A stretch of DNA of 64,000 nt from a bacterium (lineage in GTDB: Bacteria; Krumholzibacteriota; Krumholzibacteriia; G020349025). The stretch lies in the NCBI GenBank assembly GCA_031362565.1, contig JANLSU010000056.1, positions 1 through 64,000 on the forward strand, in the 5' to 3' direction. The position numbers and the translations under genes were made by a program. Below, in pieces: positions 58,150-64,000 of the stretch. Numbering within the stretch: position 1 is the first letter of the stretch; each line of letters starts with the position of its first letter. Under the pieces are notes generated by a model, which searched no databases, had not been told where the DNA came from, and was given only the letters and a program-made list of their open reading frames with translations.

Positions 58150-59526
58150 ATGAAGCCGCAAACGCGCGTCGACGTGACGAAGTTGGAGACGTACATCAGT
58201 TCGATCCGAGGCGAGTGGGAATCGCGCCTCGGAGCGCTGGTCGAGGTCCCCACGGTCAGCATGGACCACCGTCGCGACCACGATATCGAGCGCGGAGCGG
58301 AACTCGCGGCGCAAATTATTCGTGCGCTCGGCGGCCGGGCCGATGTCGTGCCGACCGGCGGACATCCCATGGTGTTGGGCGAAATCAAAACCGGTGCGAC
58401 GCACAAGTGGGTGACGATCTACAACCACATGGACGTGCAGCCGGCACGCATGGAGGACGGCTGGGAACACGAGCCGTTCGTATTCCGCAAACAAGACGGC
58501 CGGTACGAAGGGCGCGGTACGACCGACGACAAGGGCCCCGCCCTCACCGCGCTCTATGCGGCGCGCTTTGCCGCCGACAACGGTGTGCCGCTCAACTACC
58601 GTTTCATCTGGGAGATGGAAGAAGAGATTGGTTCGCCGCACTTCGAATCATTCGTGCGCTCGCGGCGCGACGCTCTCAAGACCGATTCCATCCTGGTGTC
58701 CGATACGATCTGGATCGCGCGCGGCCGGCCGGCAATTTCGTACGGCTTGCGTGGCTTGCAAACCGCGACGCTGTCGATCGAGACCGGCACCAAGGACGTG
58801 CACTCGGGCCTGACCGGTGGCGCGGCGCGCAACCCGCTCACCGAACTCGCGGCGCTCGTTTCGGAGTGCTACGACGTCAAGACCGGCAAGATCAAGATCC
58901 CGCACTTCTATGACGAAGTCGTGAAGGCGACCAAGGCGGAAGTCGACAGCTTCCTGGCTTCGGGCTGGAGCCCGACGGCGTTCAAGGCGGCGCACGGTCT
59001 GCGCCGGCTGCGTTCGGCGGACAAGCGCGAGCTGGTGGAAAGCATTTGGGCCCGCCCGACGTTCGAAGTGCATGGACTGGTCGGCGGCTACACCGGCCCC
59101 GGCGTCAAGACGTCCATTGCGCCGCGCGCCGAGATCAAAATTTCGATGCGCTTGGTGCCGAACCAAAAGCCGACGAAGATCTATTCGCTGTTCCGCAATT
59201 ACGTGCAGAAGATCAACCCGGACGTCCAGGTCACCGCCGATGCGGCGCTGTCACCGTACCTGGGGGATTTCACCGGACCGCACACCGAAGCCGCGAAACG
59301 CGCCATGCAGTTCGGTTTCGGGAAGAAGGCGGCGCTGACGCGCGAGGGCGGCTCGATCGGGGCCGTCGTGACGATGCGCGACAACCTCAAGGCGCCGATC
59401 GTGTTCATGGGATTGTCACTGCCCGAACACGGCTACCACGCGCCGAACGAGAACTTCGACTGGGAACAGGCGAGCGGCGGCATGAAGGCCTTCGCGCACT
59501 ACTTCGACGAACTCAGCCGCATGTAG
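58150..59526 (+). CDS. M20/M25/M40 family metallopeptidase (dipeptidase-like), 458 aa
   Basis: YNHMDVQP, GRGTTDDKGP, EMEEEIGS, HSG..GG, GGSI and HAPNE motifs. AGGAG SD before ATG 58150. Confidence 0.93.
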   Translation: MKPQTRVDVTKLETYISSIRGEWESRLGALVEVPTVSMDHRRDHDIERGAELAAQIIRALGGRADVVPTGGHPMVLGEIKTGATHKWVTIYNHMDVQPARMEDGWEHEPFVFRKQDGRYEGRGTTDDKGPALTALYAARFAADNGVPLNYRFIWEMEEEIGSPHFESFVRSRRDALKTDSILVSDTIWIARGRPAISYGLRGLQTATLSIETGTKDVHSGLTGGAARNPLTELAALVSECYDVKTGKIKIPHFYDEVVKATKAEVDSFLASGWSPTAFKAAHGLRRLRSADKRELVESIWARPTFEVHGLVGGYTGPGVKTSIAPRAEIKISMRLVPNQKPTKIYSLFRNYVQKINPDVQVTADAALSPYLGDFTGPHTEAAKRAMQFGFGKKAALTREGGSIGAVVTMRDNLKAPIVFMGLSLPEHGYHAPNENFDWEQASGGMKAFAHYFDELSRM

Positions 59527-59545
59527 TTCCGGGCGCCCCTTGGGC

Positions 59546-60628
59546 TCACACAAACTTGATCGTCGGGCGCGCCGGCGCTTGAAAGGCGCGCGTCGCGAGC
59601 TGGGCGGCGGTGGCGCGGGCCACGGCCAGGAACGCCTGGGCGGCCGGCGACGCCGGATCAGCGGCAACGATCGGCAGGCCGTTGTCGCCGGCGGCGCGGA
59701 TCGCCGAGACGATTGGGATCTCACCCAGAAACGGCACCTTGTACTTCTCGGCGGCACGCCGGCCGCCGCCGTGCGCGAAGATTTCTTCGCGCTCGCCGCA
59801 GTGCGAGCACACGAAGTAGCTCATGTTCTCGACGATGCCCAAAATCGGCACCTTGACCTGCTCGAACATCCGCACGCCGCGGTACACGTCCTCGAGCGCC
59901 ACGTCCTGCGGGGTGGTGACGATGACCGCACCCGAGAGCGGCGCCGACTGGGTCAGCGTCAGTTGCGCGTCCCCGGTTCCGGGCGGCAGGTCGATCACCA
60001 AGTAGTCCAGTTCACCCCAGGCGACGCCGCCCAGGAACTGGCTCACCATCTTGTGCACCATGGGCCCGCGCCACACGACCGGCGCTTCCGGACCGGCCAG
60101 GAAGCCGATCGACATCAGGCGCAGGCCGTGCGCCTCGATCGGGACGATGCGATCTTGGTGGACGCGGGGCTGCGCGTCCCGCGCCCCCATCATGATCGGA
60201 ATACTGGGACCGTAGATGTCGGCGTCGAGCAGGCCGACCCGGGCCCCCTCACGCACCAGCGCCAGGGCCAAGTTGGCCGCCACGGTCGACTTGCCCACCC
60301 CGCCCTTGCCGCTCGCGACCGCGATCAGATTCTTGACCCCCGCCATGTCGGGCGCCGCGCCGGCACTTCCCATGGCGCGGACTTGGGCGGTCATGCGCAC
60401 GTCGACTTGCTTGACCCCGGGGATGGCGCTCACGAGTTCGCGGGCCTGCGATTCCATCTTCTCTTTGACCGGGCAGGCCGGTGTGGTGAGTTCGATGGTG
60501 AACGCCACCTTGCCGCCATCGACGCGCAGGTCCTTCACGAACCCCAGGTCGACGATATCGCGGTGGAGATCGGGATCCTGCACGTGGCGCAGGGCATCGA
60601 GAATCTGGTCGGGACGCGGATCAGCCAT
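59546..60628 (-). CDS. apbC: Mrp/ApbC/NBP35 Fe-S cluster carrier ATPase, 360 aa
   Basis: N-terminal DUF59 (V.DPDL..DIV.LG, TTPACP), SGKGGVGKST, DADIYGPS, WRGPM, DLPPGTGD and ENMS..C..C. Confidence 0.95.
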   Translation of the reverse strand: MADPRPDQILDALRHVQDPDLHRDIVDLGFVKDLRVDGGKVAFTIELTTPACPVKEKMESQARELVSAIPGVKQVDVRMTAQVRAMGSAGAAPDMAGVKNLIAVASGKGGVGKSTVAANLALALVREGARVGLLDADIYGPSIPIMMGARDAQPRVHQDRIVPIEAHGLRLMSIGFLAGPEAPVVWRGPMVHKMVSQFLGGVAWGELDYLVIDLPPGTGDAQLTLTQSAPLSGAVIVTTPQDVALEDVYRGVRMFEQVKVPILGIVENMSYFVCSHCGEREEIFAHGGGRRAAEKYKVPFLGEIPIVSAIRAAGDNGLPIVAADPASPAAQAFLAVARATAAQLATRAFQAPARPTIKFV

Positions 60629-60735
60629 GAGCGAACTCCCCGTTCGGTCGAATTTCCCGACAGCGTACCACAAACGCAAAGCGCCCGGCCGTTGCCGGCC
60701 GGGCGCTGCGTTGCGGACTCGAAGTCCGATGCGGA

Positions 60736-61929
60736 TTAGAAGTGGAACGTCGTCGACACGAGGCCGAACAACGCGCTGCTGTCACCCAGCAGGTCGGTGC
60801 CGGTCGTGACGACATCCGGGTTCAGCATGCCGTCGATCTGCAGGCTGCCGACCTTCATGCCGACACCCGTCGTCCAACCGAAGTCGAGGTTGTTGTTCTT
60901 GTCGTGCGTGTCGGTCGCCGTCTCGGTGTGAACGTCTTTGAACGTGAAGCGCGAACGCATGCCGCAGCGGAACTGAATCCACGACGCGAGTTCGACCTCG
61001 GCCGCGATATTCCAACCGGGGATGCCGATCGTCCGCGTCGTCCTAACGTCGGTCGTGGCACCACTCGAGGCGTCCGTCTTGCGGCTCTGCAGCTCGAAGG
61101 TGCCGTACATGGCGACATTGGTGCGGTCACTCGGCTTGTAGACCGGGCCCAAGCCCGCAACCACGTCATATGCCGTGTGATCCGTCGTCGCCTTCGTGCC
61201 GCCCGTCGGCGTGACGTCGGTGCTACCTGACGTCCAGTCGAACATGCCGAGCCAACCGAGGGTGAGCGCATCGCTTTCCTCGGAGGCCGTGCGGCGCACT
61301 GCGACGCCCACATGGAACGGACTTGCCTCGGTCTTGCTGATCGCCGTCTCGTCGTTCGCGGACGCGAATGCGAACTCGACGCTCGCATCCGTGTTCCACT
61401 GCGCGATACGCGTGCCGACGATCGCGTTGAACGCGGTCACATCGTCAGAGACGTTGGCGGGCGCCGGATCGCTGTTCCCGCGGCCGAGCGAGAAGCGCAG
61501 GCCCCACGGGGTCTCGCCCATCTGCCAGCCGACGAGTGCGTCGATCCAGTTCAGCGCGCCCGGGCCCACCGCTGTGAGACCGCCCGAGGGGAACGTCCCA
61601 ATGCCGTTGCCGATGTGGTCGATATCGCCACGCGTGAAGAACGCGTCCGGCAATGCACCCAGGAAGTCACTGCGGTGCGTGAACGCACCAAACGTCACGC
61701 TCTCGTTGCCAAACACGAGTCCGCCCGATCCGACAGCGGCGTTCGGGCCAAGGTCGAACGTGACCATGCGCTTGTGCATGTTGACTAGGTGCGGGAAGAA
61801 GAACACGTCGTCGGCATCCTGGATCAGCAGGTTCCCAGCCAGCGACGAGCGCCTCGCCGCATGGCTCGTACTGGCCAGCGCCAGGAGCGTCAGAACCGTG
61901 AAAAAAACGCGAATATAGCGGCCTGTCAT
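60736..61929 (-). CDS. Putative outer-membrane beta-barrel protein (porin-like), 397 aa
   Basis: GGAGGA SD, Sec signal ending ..SHA|A, alternating hydrophobic beta-strands, and a C-terminal aromatic ..STTFHF typical of BAM substrates. Confidence 0.75.
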   Translation of the reverse strand: MTGRYIRVFFTVLTLLALASTSHAARRSSLAGNLLIQDADDVFFFPHLVNMHKRMVTFDLGPNAAVGSGGLVFGNESVTFGAFTHRSDFLGALPDAFFTRGDIDHIGNGIGTFPSGGLTAVGPGALNWIDALVGWQMGETPWGLRFSLGRGNSDPAPANVSDDVTAFNAIVGTRIAQWNTDASVEFAFASANDETAISKTEASPFHVGVAVRRTASEESDALTLGWLGMFDWTSGSTDVTPTGGTKATTDHTAYDVVAGLGPVYKPSDRTNVAMYGTFELQSRKTDASSGATTDVRTTRTIGIPGWNIAAEVELASWIQFRCGMRSRFTFKDVHTETATDTHDKNNNLDFGWTTGVGMKVGSLQIDGMLNPDVVTTGTDLLGDSSALFGLVSTTFHF

Positions 61930-61989
61930 CTCGTCCTCCGGTCATAAGTTTTCCTCGGGCCGGGCCCGCAGGCTCACCCGCGGCGCGTT

Positions 61990-62018
61990 AGGATCCGCAA
62001 GCGGGGCCTGCCTGTCAA
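61990..62018 (-). promoter_or_regulatory. Putative sigma70 promoter of the beta-barrel gene
   Basis: Minus-strand TTGACA (62018-62013), 17-nt spacer, GATCCT (61995-61990). Confidence 0.45.
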
Positions 62019-62225
62019 CCGGGACATGGGTCGAGACTGGGCCCCGGCCTAGCCCCGGTGGCCGTTTTTCAGTGCAAAATATTGATCTAGAATGAATTAC
62101 GATGCCAGACGCCAATCGGGGCTCGGCGGGCCAAACGCCGGGAAATCGTGTCAGGACACCGGAATGCGCCGGCACCGGTCGCAACGAGCCCCCGCCGCCG
62201 TCCGGCATGACCCAAAGGAGAAACG

Positions 62226-62609
62226 ATGGACGAAACGTACGACCTTGCGTTGCGCGTCAGCCTCATGCCACGCGACACGAACGTCCACGGGACGATTTTC
62301 GGCGGCATCATCCTCAGCTATATCGACCAGGCGGGCGCGGTGTATGTCCGTAATCACGGCTGCCACAACGTCGTCACGGTGGCCATGGAAAAGGTCGTCT
62401 TTCACGAACCGGTCTATGTCGGCGACGTCGTGAGCCTGCGGGCCCAGACTCTGTCGGTCGGCAGGACTTCGATCCGCGTCCGGGTGCGGGTCGAGGCGGC
62501 GCGCTATGCCACGAATGCCAAGGTGATGGTGACCGAAGCGGAGGTCATTTACGTCAACCTGGACTCGGACCGGCGGCCTTGCCCGATTCCGATCCCGAAT
62601 CTCACCTGA
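62226..62609 (+). CDS. Acyl-CoA thioesterase (hotdog fold, YciA-like), 127 aa
   Basis: MP.DTN.HG.IFGG..LS..D.AG, F..PV.VGD and GRTS motifs. AAGGAG SD. Confidence 0.93.
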   Translation: MDETYDLALRVSLMPRDTNVHGTIFGGIILSYIDQAGAVYVRNHGCHNVVTVAMEKVVFHEPVYVGDVVSLRAQTLSVGRTSIRVRVRVEAARYATNAKVMVTEAEVIYVNLDSDRRPCPIPIPNLT

Positions 62610-62725
62610 AAACCCGAAATCAGCGGCTCGCTGCCGGTGGTGTTGGAGTCCGGTCCCATGCCGGCTCTATACTAATGAGGCGTTCCGAGGCGCGGCCCAC
62701 AGCCAAGGTCGAGTGGAGGACTCCC

Positions 62726-64000
62726 GTGTCGAAATTACCCCATCGTCATTCGACGACCCGGCCATGGGCCGTGCGGCTTGCCGCGGCTGCCGCGAGCGTT
62801 GGCTGTCTTTGCGCGGCAAGCGGCGTGGGCGCTGCAACGGCACTGGCGGCGAAGGCGAAAATCGAGCCGCGGCGTCTTTACGTAAAGCTCACAAACAACG
62901 GTGCGGCCAAAGCGAGTCCGGCGCTGCATGCCCTGCTCGGCGACGCCATCGACCGCGCCCAACCGCTCGCCCGCCGGCCGGGCCCGCAGGTGCGCGGCCT
63001 CGACCGGCTCTTCGCGGTCGACGTGCCCGCCGCCGCCGACGGGAAGGCCCTGGCGCGCGCGTTGGCGGCGCTCCCCGAAGTGGAATACGCCGAGCCGGCG
63101 CCGGTCTGCGAACTCGCGGCCACCCCCAACGACCCGGCGTTCACGGGCGGCCAGCAGGCCTACTTGACCGCGTTGCAAGTGACCGCGGCGTGGGACGTGC
63201 AGAAGTCGCAGAACGGCGTACCGCGCCCGATCGTCTGCATCGTCGACGGCGGCACCAACATTCAGCACGAGGATCTCGCCGCCAACCTGTGGATCAACCC
63301 GGGCGAGATCGCCGCCAACGGCATCGACGACGATTTCAACGGCTACATCGATGACGTCAACGGCTGGAACTTCCGCTCCAACAATGGCAACCCGCGCGGC
63401 AGTGTCTCGACGCCCGGCAACGCCAACCACGGCAGCCATACGGCCGGTTTAGCAGCCATGGTCACCGACAACGCTTTGGGCGGTGCCAGCTCGAGCTGGA
63501 ATCCTTTCCTCATGGCGGTCAATGCGTCCGGCTCGAGCGATGGCAGCATCGCCTATGGGTACGAGGGCGTAGCCTACGCGGCCGAGAATGGCGCCGGCGT
63601 CGTGAGCCTGTCCTGGGGCGGTTCCGGCGGCTCGCAGGCGGCGCAAGACGTCATCGACTTTGCGATCGCCCAGGGCACTCTCGTCGTCGCCGCCGCCGGC
63701 AACGGCAACACCACGGTGCGTTTCTATCCCGCCGCCTACGACGGCGTGATTGCGGTCGCCAACGTCTTCAACAACGACCAGCGCTACAACGGCCCGAGCG
63801 GCTCGAACTTCGGCGGCTGGCTCGATGTCGCAGCGCCCGGCGCCGGCGTCTACAGCACCTTCGACATGGGCACCACGAATTCGTACGGAATTTCCACCGG
63901 CACTTCGATGTCCTGCCCGGTCGCCGCGTCGGTCGCCACCCTCATCAAAGCCAAGCACCCGTCCTGGGGGCCGCTCAAGGTCGGCGAGCAGTTACGCATG
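62726..64000 (+). CDS. Secreted S8 (subtilisin-family) serine peptidase, partial (runs off the window end)
   Basis: Not in the ORF track because there is no stop. GTG at 62726 after GGAGGA. Signal peptide and prodomain ending EYAEP, PNDP, catalytic IVDGG / HGSHTAG / GTSMSCP, AAAGN, and NGIDDDFNGYIDD insert. TATACT at 62668-62673. Confidence 0.92.
   Translation, partial: MSKLPHRHSTTRPWAVRLAAAAASVGCLCAASGVGAATALAAKAKIEPRRLYVKLTNNGAAKASPALHALLGDAIDRAQPLARRPGPQVRGLDRLFAVDVPAAADGKALARALAALPEVEYAEPAPVCELAATPNDPAFTGGQQAYLTALQVTAAWDVQKSQNGVPRPIVCIVDGGTNIQHEDLAANLWINPGEIAANGIDDDFNGYIDDVNGWNFRSNNGNPRGSVSTPGNANHGSHTAGLAAMVTDNALGGASSSWNPFLMAVNASGSSDGSIAYGYEGVAYAAENGAGVVSLSWGGSGGSQAAQDVIDFAIAQGTLVVAAAGNGNTTVRFYPAAYDGVIAVANVFNNDQRYNGPSGSNFGGWLDVAAPGAGVYSTFDMGTTNSYGISTGTSMSCPVAASVATLIKAKHPSWGPLKVGEQLRM

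Noticed and set aside
59546..60628. apbC plus the class V PLP enzyme as an Fe-S assembly (isc/suf) locus
   Set aside because: The PLP enzyme has a Tat signal and no catalytic Cys loop, the genes are on opposite strands, and no scaffold genes are present.
62125..62165. Possible c-di-GMP-I riboswitch (GGGCCAAAC...GAAA) in the thioesterase leader
   Set aside because: It lacks the GACGCAAAG junction and the second stem with tetraloop receptor.

Overview
This is a 64 kb window of a GC-rich, gene-dense bacterial chromosome. A secreted protein with a C-terminal FlgD-Ig/T9SS-like tail and several other envelope proteins suggest a diderm FCB-group candidate phylum such as Latescibacterota, Krumholzibacteriota or Eisenbacteria; this is inference only. 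About 46 CDS are supported. Housekeeping and metabolic genes include ettA, dedA, a cbpA-type dnaJ, clpB, an RsuA/RluB-family pseudouridine synthase, hydA, korAB, ytxJ, ndh, nagZ, speA, apbC/mrp, an M20 peptidase, an acyl-CoA thioesterase and a partial S8 protease. The window also has OPT and MFS transporters and three GT-C-like membrane proteins. I found no tRNA, rRNA, CRISPR array, transposase, integrase or recognisable defence gene. Main observations: (1) an unannotated, highly structured ~167-nt RNA candidate (19593-19759, minus strand) whose predicted sigma70 start site falls on the first base of its closing stem, upstream of a pseudouridine synthase; (2) a fimT-pilV-pilW-pilX minor-pilin operon with a sigma54-type promoter, in which PilW is a ~1040-aa pilin carrying five Fn3-like repeats and a beta-sandwich domain, with no pilY1 or pilE in the operon; (3) a two-permease RND locus whose second permease runs in frame, without a stop, into a signal-peptide-bearing NHL beta-propeller, next to a sigma54 two-component system; (4) a truncated VTC gene fragment with a CotH kinase; (5) a bactofilin with a long unknown C-terminal domain; (6) signs of leaderless and ATC-initiated translation. 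All family assignments come from motif recognition by eye; no database searches were run.
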